This document shows, in pieces, positions 38,380 to 50,896 of a stretch of DNA of 60,000 nucleotides. The notes under the pieces are model-generated. The model had not been told where the DNA came from. It did no database searches and worked only from the letters and a program-made list of their open reading frames with translations. This DNA comes from Callorhinchus milii (Eukaryota). The translations under genes and the position numbers were made by a program. Numbering within the stretch: the first letter of the stretch is position 1; each line of letters begins with the position of its first letter. The DNA lies in contig NW_024704743.1 of assembly GCF_018977255.1 (NCBI RefSeq), forward strand, positions 30,878,001 through 30,938,000, given 5' to 3'.

Positions 38380-38590
38380 AACTTATCACCACACTTAAGA
38401 GCATCCAAACCAGACAGAATTTCACATTATATAAAATCCACCTCAGCATGGAAATTTCTCTGTATCTGGAATGGAATGTGCGCTCTCTCCCTGGAGGGAT
38501 GCACTTTGCTTACCTAATTCCAGCAAGTATTAGACACATGTCGGTGAGAGCCAAAACTTGGGAATCCCAGAGCGCATCTGATAAAACTTT
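38380..38590 (-). repeat. Family D repeat
   Basis: TGGAATGGAATGTGCGCTCTCTCCCTGGAGGGATG is the reverse complement of 14430-14465. Confidence 0.8.
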
Positions 38591-38934
38591 GGTTTGCAGG
38601 GTTTACAAGAGCAGAGTGAGAGGATCCCTGCTACCAGTGACTGGTCTGCAAGTCTGAATCCTCGATGTACCAGTGACTGGACCCTCTAATTCCCACTGAC
38701 AGCCAGGCTGGTTAGCCTGTTATCAGCAGTGCCTTGGAATATTACAGATCCACCTGGTTCAGGAACCAGAAAACCAAGAATGTGTCAAAGGATCAACTCA
38801 ATTCTGATATTCTTTAACAAGCACATCACCTTAAAACCAACAGCTCCATGCAGACCCCACTCACCTCCCCTCTCTCTCCGCCCCACCATCTCCCTCCCCC
38901 ACCCGAAAGAGGATAGACCCATCATCCAAAAAAA

Positions 38935-39108
38935 ATTTTGGTTACCCAATTCACAACTGTTTGTGGGACATTGCTGTGTGCAATTGGCTGCTGTGTTTTG
39001 TCCACAAAATATACAGTCAATCCACTTTAGAGTATTTTCTGTGAAGCACTTTGAAACAGCTCAAAGACGTAATAATGTACCATATCAAATGCAAGGATTA
39101 TTATTATT
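38935..39108 (+). mobile_element. Family A SINE 3' half
   Basis: Shared 3' block and (TTA)n tail. Confidence 0.9.
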
Positions 39109-39774
39109 ATCTTACACGGCATAAAACAACAATAGTTGAACTGATTAGCTTCTGGCAGGTGTGACACTATCTGAACCGTACATTGTGTTACAGTCTTGTA
39201 ACAGACTCCAGCCCAACTGTTATTCAATCTGTAATCCGCTTCCACTGGTCACATGATGAGGTAATCCTGTGATGATTGCATCGAAAAGGGTCACAGATCA
39301 TCCCACCAACAGCCAAGCCACCAAGTCATGCCGCAGTAAGCCTGCTGTAACCAGCCAGCAGGCGTTGGAGTAAGCCAGTGTGTTTAATATCATAAATCAT
39401 ACACTGTGCACAACTTTAAGGAAGCAGATAAAGGCAGTAACTGAATTTCATGACTCAGACAAGATGCATTAACTGCTCAGGTTTCTCGTTGATGGTTTAT
39501 GACATCATCTGAGCCACCCTCTCCCCCCCCATATTGGGTTACATCTTTGAATCTGCCTTCCAGGTACCCATTCTTCTTTTTATAGTGTATAAAGGGTAAT
39601 GTGTTATCTGGCATCTCACACTGAATGACATCACCCTTTTCACTGTACCTAAGGCTCAGGAGAGACGCAGATAGCCACCTGCCACTGCTAGACGCTCACA
39701 TTCAACAGATAGAAATTAAAACATGAACTGAGACAGAGAGAGAGGGGGAGAGAGACAGAAAGAAAAAAGAAGGG

Positions 39775-40090
39775 TGGTTCCAGCTGGACAAGCAGAGGGA
39801 AAGCTTGCCAGACAGTGCTCTCAATGGCAAGCTATGCGGTTTTAGCTGGTTAGACTCCAGCAGTACCCCAACATACACTCTGGAGACCCCAAGCCTGAGC
39901 TCTTGCCAACCTGCACCTAATACTTTCCAGAATTAGGTAAGCAGGATGTGTCCCTCCAGGGAGAGAGTGCACATTCCATTCCAACAATCTATCTTAGGGA
40001 TTTCCATGTGTAGGGTGGGATGCATGGAATTCTCAGCTTGGTTTGGATACGCTTAAGTATAGTGATGGGTTTCCGCATGTGTCAGACACA
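39775..40090 (+). repeat. Family D repeat
   Basis: Collinear with 14275-14570. Confidence 0.85.
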
Positions 40091-41233
40091 AAGAAAGCTA
40101 GTGATACTGGGCGTCTCAAATGGAAGAAAACCTTTCCGTTATGCCTGCCTCACTGACAAACCTCACTTGAGGAACATAGGTTTAAACAAGAAAAATACAT
40201 TAGAAGATAGTATACTCTTCCAACCTGCACTTTTTGAGGACAGCCCTCTTAAATGTTTAAAACATATTGAAGTCTAGTTTATGGTATTTCTTACCTACGT
40301 TACCATAAATTAGACCGGAATCTCCCTTCAGCCTGAGGGAACTCTGATCCAGAATTAGATAGTGCTGAAGAGGCATTTCAGCAGGTCAGTATGACTTACT
40401 TCCAATTATCAGTGAATCCTTCTGAATACAATAACCATCCTGCTTTTAAATATCCAGCCTACACCATGAAAACACTTCACAAATTGTGCCTTTAACATCC
40501 ACCTGAACATTGTTACCCCAAGTACTGCACTGAAGTGCCAGCCAAGACCCGGAGCTCCATCATTATACTAATAACCCAAAGGCAAGTATGCAACCAATTG
40601 AGCCAAGCTACCACCTCCGAAGAAGTACTGCAAATTCTCCACCATTCAAAAGTGCTCCACCTGCACAACTCTGGCAGCCTCACAAAAACACCACACTGAG
40701 AACATGCCATAAATAATTGATTCTTAAGCTGCAGTTTTATAACGCCAATGAACAGTTGTAAAAGGCAACTAACTAAAGAAAAAAACAGCACGCTTCCAGC
40801 ACTTTACAGCCACATTTCCATGATAGCATTACATTTCAGTGGGAATACTTTACCGCAAAGGTTGCGTGGGTCATTTGATGTATTCCACATGTTCTGTGCT
40901 CTGGAGCACTTTTTGTTATTATATTAATATTTGAATCTCATTACCATATTATTAAGTATTCATTTATGTATAAACAGTATTGCACATCCTCATGTCACTC
41001 ACTATTGCAGTTTTATTATTTTCATGTTTAATATTTCTTCCTGCAATTGAGGAAGAGAAAATTGAATGTAAATGAGTCAGGATATAAATAATTAAGAAAT
41101 ATATTCAGCAATGTCTCCTATAGTGTTTTTATTTTTATTTTGAGCAGAGTTAAGGAGCAGCGATTACATAACTCATTTATTACATGACTCTGTAGCATGG
41201 CTTTACATTCAGAAGTATAAAATAGTTACCTAC

Positions 41234-41337
41234 CTTGCACCTGCCCTCTTGACAACTGTTTTCACCACTAGTGGACAATATTGTTTCAAAGGCATTGTTA
41301 AGATCAGTAGCAGCAATTGCCTTCAATGAGGGAAAAG
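41234..41337 (-). other. Candidate 104-nt exon (unidentified transcript)
   Basis: Acceptor TTCTGTGTTTTTTTAAG|C, donor AAG|GTAGGT; one frame fully open; no homology recognised. Confidence 0.2.
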
Positions 41338-41697
41338 CTTAAAAAAACACAGAATCTTGTCAAATGTTCCAACCCTTTTTGAGTGATATTCAATAGAAAT
41401 AGAGTAGGCAAGTCTGAGGCTCCCTGGCCTCTTCTGACAAGCTGTCACTGGTTATACTCTCCCAATGGTGTAATTGGTAAATCATTGGCTTACCAATATA
41501 TGCTCTCTGGTTTATTACTCAGCATTTTCTCACTCCGTTGATTTCAGCTGGGTATCATTTGGCCTCAACACGTTTATAAATGGAATCTTGTTGTTGTTGT
41601 TGTTGTCTAGGCTAGAGAAATAGTGAATAATCCTTACGTTTGTTATTGTGCCTTTCACATCGGGAGGACATCCTAAAGTGCTTCACAGCATATACTG

Positions 41698-41888
41698 ATG
41701 GCTTGCGGGGTCGAATTCATCTGTTCACCCCTTCCCCACACTCCATTTCATCTAGCCCACCTGCTCCCTCCTTAACCTGTAAATGTTGTGTAATATATCT
41801 GGAAGGGGAAACAAAAAAATATTGCTCCTGCGGCCCGCAGACGTTTCTCAAATAGGCCTCTCAGCAGCCAAAAGGTTTGACCACCCTG
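41698..41888 (+). mobile_element. hAT non-autonomous element, right end retained
   Basis: GCGGCCCGC...AAAAGGTTTGACCACCCTG (TIR CAGGGTGGTCAAAC) followed by the NNNTANNN site CCCTAAAG. Confidence 0.7.
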
Positions 41889-42159
41889 CCCTAAAGTGTA
41901 GTAACTGTGTGTTTTGTGGGTGAATGTAGCATTCAAATTGTGCATAACAATCTCCCATAAATAGCCATGAAGTGAATGACCGATTTTATTTTGGGAATTG
42001 TTAGCCAGGTCACCAGGAGAAATTCCTTTCCATTTTCGAAAAGTGCCATGGGATCTTTTATGTCTACCTGAACAGCAAACATTTGTTTCATGTCTCCTCT
42101 GAAGGATGGCACCTCCAACAATGTAGCACCCTCACCACTGCACTGTAGTGACAGCTTAG

Positions 42160-42822
42160 ACCAGCGTGATCCAACAGGAACATCTATGATGTTCCTGCAT
42201 CGTGTCAGATGGCGCAAAATCAATGACCAGCTGTAAAACTGTTTTGGTAGGTTTGCTGAAACAAAAGAACAACAACAAAATCAACAACAACAACAAAATT
42301 ACGTTTATAGAGCGCCTTTCACGTTGGGAGGACGTTCCAAGGCCCTGGACCATCAGGGGTCAGAACCCGAGCATGGGGTAGGGGTAGGGGTGAGGGGAAA
42401 ACGGAATTGAATGTACTACCTTCCACTGCATCATACACCAGGAGTCCCTTTGCGGAAAACCAGTGAAAATGAGCAATGTGATGACTAGTGTCATCAAAGT
42501 GATCAATATTATCTGCAGAGGAAATCGAGCACAGTGTCACAGAAAGTTCATAAACTTCCTTGAAGAATTAATTGTAGAATATGGTGACTTACTTCTTAAT
42601 TCAGAAGTCTGTTGGCTGAGTGCCTGCAACTGCCTTGTGCAGTTTTTTGCACTAAGGATGGAGGTACTTTCATTTCTCAAGGAACATATAAAGAGTAACA
42701 CCATGCAGTTTGAAGAGGAATTGGATGATCCAACTTACTTAAGTTCATTGGCCTTTTTAACAGACATAATAAGCCATCTCAATGTTCTCAATCTTCAACT
42801 ACAAGGTAGAAATCAGAATATT
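42160..42822 (+). pseudogene. hAT transposase fragment (Buster/Charlie/SPIN clade, GTF2IRD2/EPM2AIP1-like)
   Basis: VSDGAKSMTSCKTVLVGLLKQ (catalytic DGA motif) and, after an L2 insertion, FHCIIHQESLC (CxxH), HRKF..FLEE..YGDLLL.SEVCWLS, LAFLTDI..HLNVLNLQLQG. Confidence 0.93.
42268..42397 (-). mobile_element. Young L2 3' tail inserted in the transposase fragment
   Basis: (CAA)n, ATAGAGCGCCTTTCACGTTGGGAGGACGTTCCAAGGC; same family as 54720 and 55372. Confidence 0.9.
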
Positions 42823-43094
42823 GAACCACAATCTTTTGACTCAGAAGGAAGAGTGTTACCAACTGAGCGAGGATAACAAAGTAAGAATCATTCTTAGCTT
42901 TGCCATTCCTGACCATTGTCACTCACCCGCTTTCTCTCCTCTCCCTCCCACCCCACCCCATACACACACACATTTGATACATCATCACAAAGTGAAAGAT
43001 GCTGAATCAAATTAAAGGATTATTATTATTTAAGAGATAGTTTGATACCTCGATGGAAAATGGTAGGGAGAACATTGTGCAAGGATAAGATCAA

Positions 43095-43165
43095 TAATAA
43101 TATCAATACTTGCATTTGATATAGTGCCTTATCACGACTTCAAGACGTCTGAAAGTGGTTCAAAT
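43095..43165 (-). mobile_element. SINE tail fragment with 17-bp flanking duplication
   Basis: TGCAAGGATAAGATCAA at 43078-43094 and 43181-43197. Confidence 0.8.
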
Positions 43166-46100
43166 TATGCAAGGACTTTTTGCAAGGATAAGATCAAATG
43201 GCCGAAGGGCTTTTTCATCCAAACCTTTCCTGTGATCTTGTGATATGGTGTTGTATGATGTCTCTGATAGCTATAATCCTTCACTCCCTCTGCAGATAAT
43301 TGAATCAGGCAACAAACTGGTTCAACTGCAACCAAATACTGTATGTTAATGCAAAGAATAATTACTCCAGGAATATAATGTGGAGCAATGCAAGAAATAA
43401 AGTGCTTCAGCAACATGATGTACAGTATATTGTAGCAATCTAAAGAATTAGCATGCTAAAGACAACAACTTGCATTAACACAAGTGCCCTTCACGTGGAA
43501 TAGCATCTCGTAGCACTTAAAGGCAGTGATGTACAGTATACTGTAACAACCTAAAGGTTCAATACTCCGGGGAATGTGCTCTGTAGCAATGCAGAGAATT
43601 GCTGCTGAGTTGCATGCACCTTTATAGCTGTCACCACCTCATCTAATTAACGTGGAAAGAGTCGTAATGTCTTTATCCTAGTGATAGGGACCGTTGACCA
43701 TTCAGGCTTTGTTGTTGAGCTGGATTTAAACCCAGATCTACAGAAGAACTACTTTTTTTGCCTTAATAAACCTGCTATAAAAGGCATGACCTGTGCTGAT
43801 GTATGAATTGAGAAATGATAATATTGCTGGCACTCCCCAACATAAAATAGGCTTTCAGCAGTAAAATTCCATTATGTTGTGCTGGTTTGCAATGCTTCGC
43901 CTTATCCCCATGTCGCCTTAGAGCTGAAGTTGTATGACTCCGTGTGATACACGTTTGCCTATAGAAAGTGTAGTTTACACTGCCAGAGGCCAGTAACATT
44001 ATAGTTAGCAAGATATAGTTAGCAAGATAAAGTTATAGTTATTCAACCCCACCGACAGTCTTTGAGCAAACATTTTCAGAACTTTTACAACTGCTTACAG
44101 ATAACAGGTGTTCATAAATCATGCAACAACGACAACAACTTGCACTTATATAGCGCGCTCCACGCAGGGTAGCAGCTCAGAGCGCAACTAACTATCAGAA
44201 GCCCTGTCAAACCACAATGAAATGGTATATATTGCCTTTGATTTTTGCATAAGGTTCTGGTCCACTAAGAATTATTAATCTATGAAACAAATGGGATCTT
44301 GCAAAGCAAACTTGGCTGCTGCAAAGTACTTAGTATGAATGTCAAGACAGAGTCTAGCTGACTTTTGACAGTGCACTGCTTACTGCCCTTTTAAATACCA
44401 AAGAGAGTGGGAATATTGCATTGGGAATCAGAAAGCAGAATTATTATTCCTTGACATTTTAAACTAACTTTGTTTAACATTCTGGACCAGTCATAGAGAT
44501 AAACGTCGCATTTTTTTTATGAAAGGGATTTTCCATATAAGGCTGTCAAAAAGTGCCTGGAATCTTAATGTTTAGCATGCTGCTGCTAGTGATATTAGCA
44601 CATCGACCAAAACTGCGGTCAAAAGCAGTTAAGTGGACTGGATGTGAAACCCCCCCCCAACCCCACTCCCCGCTGTAATAACTATTAAATGCCTTTGACC
44701 ACATTTTTGGTGAATGTGATAATTATTTTTGGATTAGGAACTCTTGGGATATTTACAGTACTGATCTTCAGGACCGATGTTGACAGCTTCGCATATACTA
44801 GTGCTTATAATAAAACGGATTACTCAAGGAAGATATTTTCCCCAGTTCATTAAGGAGCACTCTAGCTGGGTTGCACTATCCAGTTCTTTTGTCCTTTTGC
44901 CTTCAGTGTGAGAACAGACAGCAATTCTGGAATGAGACTTTTGAAAACCTAAGCCTCCAACTTTCTTCCCGACGCTCTTCAAACAGTAAATTTGCAGAGG
45001 CGTCTTTCCGAAGTGAAGGGCACTATACAAATATAATTTGGTTGTGTTGTTCCACAGGGCCAGCCATTCCCCTGTATCTCGCCTGAGACCATTCCTTGAG
45101 TGTGATCACTCATGCACACCACTAGCAGGGATCACTGAATAATAATAATAATTGCATTTGATGTAGCGCCTTATCACGTAAAGTGAATTGGCTGTATATT
45201 TTGTGGGCGTAATGGTAATCAGGCACGGAAACACAAGTTGATTTTTCCACTCCTTTGTGAAGGAATTCTGAGTAAATTTGTACCCTGCTCTCACCGAGGC
45301 TGAGATGAGCAAACTCAGCACAACAACAACAACTTGCATTTATTTTGAGCTCCTCAGGCAGGGTAGCATCCCAGAGCATTTAAGTGCTTACAAATAGAGA
45401 TGAACACAGCACTTTCCTGCTCTGCAGAGCGCAGTTTCATACAGTACATGAGTTTTACCAGTTGAGCTATTCGAGAAGCTACAAATAAACTTAAATACAC
45501 CTTCAATGATCCTTATTTTTCTTCTTCCTCTCATCCTGAAGCTGCTCGACGTCTTTTACCTTGTACTGACATATAATCCTTGCACCGTCACTCTTTTGGA
45601 ACCTTTAAGCAATCTGAGATCTCCTGACTTGAAAAGTGCTGTATGAATTGTATTGTTTTGTATATCCAAGCAACTATACTTCACGTGAAAATGTGTGTTG
45701 TAATACTAACTGACTTTGATCCTGTCCACATCTCATGTCGTCACCTTGCAGTAGAGGTCTTGGATCATGATGGATTCCGCACGTGTCAGACACCCAACTG
45801 ATCAAACAAAATGAGCAGGATAACCTGGATAATATTGGGACGTCCTCCCGATGTGAAAGCCATTTTCACAGGATCCACAATATGGCATCTTTGGTTTGAA
45901 ACTAAATTTACAAAGTCGGTATCTTTAAAATGGACCCAAATAACTCTGGCATGCTTGATTCTATAAAGTAGATACTACAAGATTGCCACCATGTATCCTA
46001 CTTAATAAAATTAAAAGAAATTAATTTCTGAATATAATGTATCAGCTATTACCTCTATCCATATGCACCAAATACAGACCTCGAACCTTAAGGAGACATA

Positions 46101-46969
46101 AAACAGACACAGTTCAATAAAAAGTATTTTAAGACTCATTAAAATGTCATCATTTAGATTACAGACTCAAACATTGAACATAGCTTCACCACTCGTAGAA
46201 AGCTGTGCTCTGATAGGAGCCTTTGGATAAATACAGTAAGCCACTAACAGGGCTAACAGGCTCAGAAAAGAACAGTGCAGCCTGAGCATCAGTGTACACC
46301 AGAGATTAAGCGTAGCTTCGGGTATCACTAGTATATGTGTGCTAGGAAGTAATCTTACTTGGCCACTGTACAGTATCACCTTCAATTTATGCAGTCTATG
46401 ATCCTAGCTTTCTGTATGTTTCCACTAGAAACCAGTCTGGTATTGACTATTATCAGTGCATGAGCCAAGATGATACTTTAAGCCTCTGTTATGGAAGAAA
46501 ACTAGACTTATGTGATTGGAGTAAGCAATACCGCCCATATTTACTCACAGATAAAGTCGTCTGCAAAGACTTTGTTTGTTTAAAACTGTTACTGGGCTTG
46601 TTGCTGAATTAAACAATGGGAAACAAACATGCTTTTTCCAAAGATTGAAACAAAGCAGCAATACTGAGTCATCTGATTGTTATAATATGATAAATCATTT
46701 GTGCTTCATATATCTTGGAGGTTTGACCTTTCTGACACATTCCCTGCATGACATGTGGTACCTTGTGAAAGTTCTAAGGAATGTGCACGATAGTGAACTA
46801 CACTGAGCAAAAGTGCTTGTAACAACTGACTGAAGCAATCTTCTCATAAGACCGGCGAACGATTCTCCTCCTGGGGTGTGTGTGTGGCGTGGGGGGTGCC
46901 ACTATTGTGGCAGAGCTTGTAGTAAATTGGGGCTCTATTATGAAGTTGCTCAGTTGTCTCAGTGAATGC

Positions 46970-47335
46970 AATAAATCATCTTTAATCCTTACATTTAATA
47001 TAGTGCCATTCATGTCAAAAGACTTCTCACAGTGCTTCACAGAATTTTACTGTAAATTGTAGTGACTGTGTATTGCGTAGGTGAACATGGCAGCCAATGT
47101 TCCACAAATAGCCATGAAATGAATGACCAATTTTGTTTGGAGGATTGTTTGGCAGAACACCAGAAGAAACTTCCTTCTCTTTCCAAGTGTTATGGGATCT
47201 TTAACATCTGAACAAGTAGACCAGACCTCAGTTTAACATCTCATCTAAAAGGATGGCAACTCCAACAATGCAATACTACCCCCAGCCCTGCATTGATGTG
47301 TCAGCCTAGATTATATATTCAAGGTCCTGACATAG
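46970..47335 (-). mobile_element. Family C SINE
   Basis: Tail, 3' block and Deu domain (ATGGGATCTTTAACA...TTTAACATCTCATC..AAGGATGGCA). Confidence 0.85.
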
Positions 47336-47619
47336 GGTTATAATAAAGCATGGATGAGAAAGCTATCCATACCAACAGACTATGTCCTTCACAGACCACC
47401 TGTAATAGATTTCATTCAGTGCACTTAATCTCCTGAGTAAAGCTTATGCAAATGTTTTCCTGTACCTTGGGAAATTCAACCAAACCTCCAGATCACCACA
47501 CTAGCCTTATGTCCCACCATACTCACTCCTGAACAGCCACTTTCTTTGACGTGACATGCCTGTGTCTCAGCAGTTCAAGAACCAGACTTCTGGAAACCAG
47601 ATTTTTCACTGAAAGAAAA

Positions 47620-47855
47620 CAGGAGACGGGGTTGGAAGAAAGTAATTATTTTTATGGAGGGTTATTAGAATAGGTGTTGAAGCTGGGCCCATAACAGCAT
47701 TTAAAAAGGGAATTGGATAGATAATTGAGGAAAATGTATCAAAATTAATGGGGAAGGAGAATTTGATTAGTATGCATAGTTGTAGTGAAAGGAGTTAACT
47801 TGATCGAAATATTGGATTAAAAGGCTTTTTTTTGTGCTACAAATGTTCTATGATT
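47620..47855 (+). mobile_element. Decayed CR1 3' end
   Basis: GCATTTAAAAAGGGAATTGGATAGATA...GTGCTACAAATGTTCTATGATT. Confidence 0.7.
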
Positions 47856-48902
47856 TGTATCCTGTTTTAGTGAGCATACTAGTTGCCTCAGAGAATGACG
47901 CAGTATTTCAGACCAGAGTTTTTTTTAATCTTTTGCTCCTTTAGAGTACCATTCATTCTGCTTGGGAATGAAACCCATTTATCAACACTCCACCAAACCT
48001 ATCTTTGTAAGTTCAGATTGATCCTTCATGCTAATCAGATTGGACCCCCAATAATGAGCCACAATTGGCCACAATGCATGCAACATCTCTATGCTGCCCT
48101 TTCAGAAAATGACAGAGCTTAGAGGCAATCCAGTAACAATTTCCTGGCTTGCAAGCCATAAATTTTCATTTGCGAAGCTTAACTGAGTTTTCTGTCATCG
48201 ATGACTATCGAGCAGCCTGTGTAATGATATTAAAGAACGCGATGCATTGCATCGGACCTGATTTTTACATTGCATGTTATTCTTGTTCTAAGGCCTGTGC
48301 ATTTGAAATAACTGGTGTCACTGTGCACTTCATGTGTGGCTTGGGGGCAGTAAAACCTGTGTGGCCACAGTGAGAACAATTGAAAAGGCCATTACTCGAC
48401 CTGAGAGATTGTGAAACATTCAACTTCAATAAAGTTGCTGCTCGTGACAGTGAGTTGCCAAGTGAGGTTCACACAGTAAAGGTCAACCAGCCACATAAGA
48501 TGTGTGCGGCGTGACCAGTTGATCAGAGCAGAGGTAGTATAACAGACAGTTGATTTATAGCTGATTTATGCTGCTGGACACAATGCCTCATCTCTTGAAG
48601 TGATTGACTTCCGAAAGCAGAGTGAGATTTATATTTCCCACTTCCATTTGCTCTTTTGCTCTTGACAGAGATAGCAGATTGGTGCAAGGCAAATAAGCAA
48701 ATCAGCAGAGCTCTGCTAACTGGCAATAGCTTTTTTAATGTTATTAAATAACCAGGTATACAACTGGTTCTTTGAAGCAATAGTGATCCCTGAATAGGTT
48801 TCACAGTGGTCTACAGAACCACATAAGAATTTTTAAGACTATTTTTCAGGAGAGCTCAAATCGATTTGCTCCTCCTGTACTTATGCTGGAGCAGTGCAAA
48901 TT

Positions 48903-48982
48903 AATAATAATAATCCTTGCATTTGATATGGCGCCTTACCAAGTCTTCGAGATGTCTCAAAGTGCTTCACAGAATATACTGT
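48903..48982 (-). mobile_element. Family A SINE tail
   Basis: AATAATAATCCTTGCATTTGATATGGCGCCTT...CACAGAATATACTGTA. Confidence 0.9.
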
Positions 48983-50584
48983 AGTCATTCCATTATAGGT
49001 GCTAAATCAAAACATGTTTTTATATTTTTTTCTATAACCAAGAACAAGACAAGATTTTCATTGTAAACATACACTGCTGAGCGAGATGCCTCATAAAGTG
49101 CATTTACTATTTCCGTGCCGTATTACTCCATGTAACCTCAACAAAAAAGACTTACACTCTGCAGCAAAGACATTCCTTATTACCTCTTTCCAACCAGTGA
49201 TTTTTAATGGATATGTTTTATTCCAGACATTCTTCATTCGGTAAGAAATACCATTTACTCTACAGGTGTTTTACCATCCACCTGAATAGGCAGACGAGAC
49301 CTCGGTTTAATATCCTTAAATGATGGTACCTCCAACAATGGCTCAAACTATAAGCTCAAAGTCCCAATGTAAAGCTTGTAGGTGAACACAGCAGTCAATT
49401 AGCACACATTGTCTCACAAAACAACCATGTTGTGAATGATCAATATAAAAAGTGATTCTCTCCTCGGCATCTCTCCTTGTAGTGAGAGTAAGATAAGGAA
49501 CTCGTGCTTCATAGAATAGTAAGTGAGCAGCTGTATCTTACCATTCACAGCCTCAGTATATTGGCATTCTGATGCCCTGTATCAACACAGAATCAGCAAA
49601 GCTTTTCTACAGGTATTGTCTTCCAGCGTACACATTTATTTTCATCCAGTGCAACTGAATTATTTTAGTTGCTATTAATGCATTCTAGATGCAGCCACAA
49701 ACACTACAGCAAGCACGCACTAAAAGGAGCTCCAGATCCACCCTTGCGACTGGTACATTTCCCACATATTGTTTGAAAAGAACATCTTCACAGTTAAGGC
49801 AGGCAATGATTGAAGTTGATGCAATTGCTTTCAATTAGCTGGTTAACTGCACACCAGGAGGACAGATCTCTCTTGCTAGACAGGGCTCAGTCAGATTCTG
49901 TATGCAACACCAGCGTTTGGTAGAATGACAGACAGTTAGAAGTCGGCATTACTACAAGGAACATGAAGCGGAGTTCAGCCTTCTGTTTGTGGCTCAGAGG
50001 CATTCAGGGCTTGGCAAGTGTACTGAAAGAAGATGGGGATTACACCTTTGAAGAACCTTCGTGTATTCATATTTCAAAGAGGATAACTAATTCATATATT
50101 TTCTAAGTGGATTTGCTCCCATATCAGAGGACAGACAGCAGATGTTACAATAGGAAGGAACAAGCAGGAAAGAACTAGATAGTTGGTAGGTGCTGCCAAA
50201 GGGACAGCCCTCCCCCACAAAGGAAAAAACCCAAAGCCATAAATGCAGCCACCTGCCGCTATGCAAACTTCAAATGATGTGCCAGGTCTAAAGAGTGCAC
50301 GTTCGCACCAATGCAGATTAATCACAAATTCCTGTGATCAAGACAGAAATACATCTGCTATCTCACAGTACCTGACTAATTAGAAAACCTCCAATCCTTC
50401 CAATTGATTTTATGACTTCTGTCGAACTGTCTCAAAGAGCTTCATATTAGCTATTATGAAGTGTAGTGACTATATTTATAGGTGAATGTGGCAGCCAATT
50501 TGCACACAGCAATGGTCCAACAAAAAAAGTAAATGACCATCTTTTTAAGCTGCAGGATTGTTGGTTAGGTTACCAGGAAAAATT

Positions 50585-50896
50585 GGAATCCTGTACTCAG
50601 TGGTTATAGCGCTCGACTCGCAAGCGAGAGATCTGGGTTTGATTCCCGGCAGGACGAAACCTTGGGCAAGTTTCCTTACTCCACACGCCTGATAATAGTC
50701 CCTCAAGAAAAAAAGCAATAATAAGTTGGTCACTCAATCCATGACTGTTTGTGGGAAACTATTGTGCCAATTGGCTGCCGCATTTTGTCCACAAAATACA
50801 CAGTAAATTCACTTTACGGTATATTCTGTGAAGCACTTTGAGACGTCTAGAAGACGTGAAAAGCGCTATATCAAATGCAAGGATTATTATTATTAT
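50585..50896 (+). mobile_element. SINE family A, short form, inserted in an older minus-strand family C copy (about 50370-50945)
   Basis: Full head to tail; flanks CCAGGAAAAAT and TCCTTTCTCTTTTTGAATAGTGC are consecutive family C sequence. Confidence 0.92.

Larger units (their letters stand above)
41627..42870 (-). mobile_element. Family C SINE split by nested insertions
   Basis: Tail 41627-41697, body 41892-42160 and tRNA head 42823-42870 are collinear on the minus strand. Confidence 0.75.

Noticed and set aside
38632..38680. Palindromic 13-mer TACCAGTGACTGG repeated at 36-bp spacing (CRISPR-like look)
   Set aside because: Only two short units, vertebrate context, no cas genes.
40332..40384. 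Plus-strand exon-like segment (CCCTTCAG|...CAG|GTCAGT)
   Set aside because: Stops in all three frames; likely a pseudo-exon.
42463..42876. Domesticated transposase gene (GTF2IRD2/EPM2AIP1/ZBED-like)
   Set aside because: Partial, interrupted by an L2 tail, the conserved RW is changed to CW, and the ORF ends in SINE sequence.
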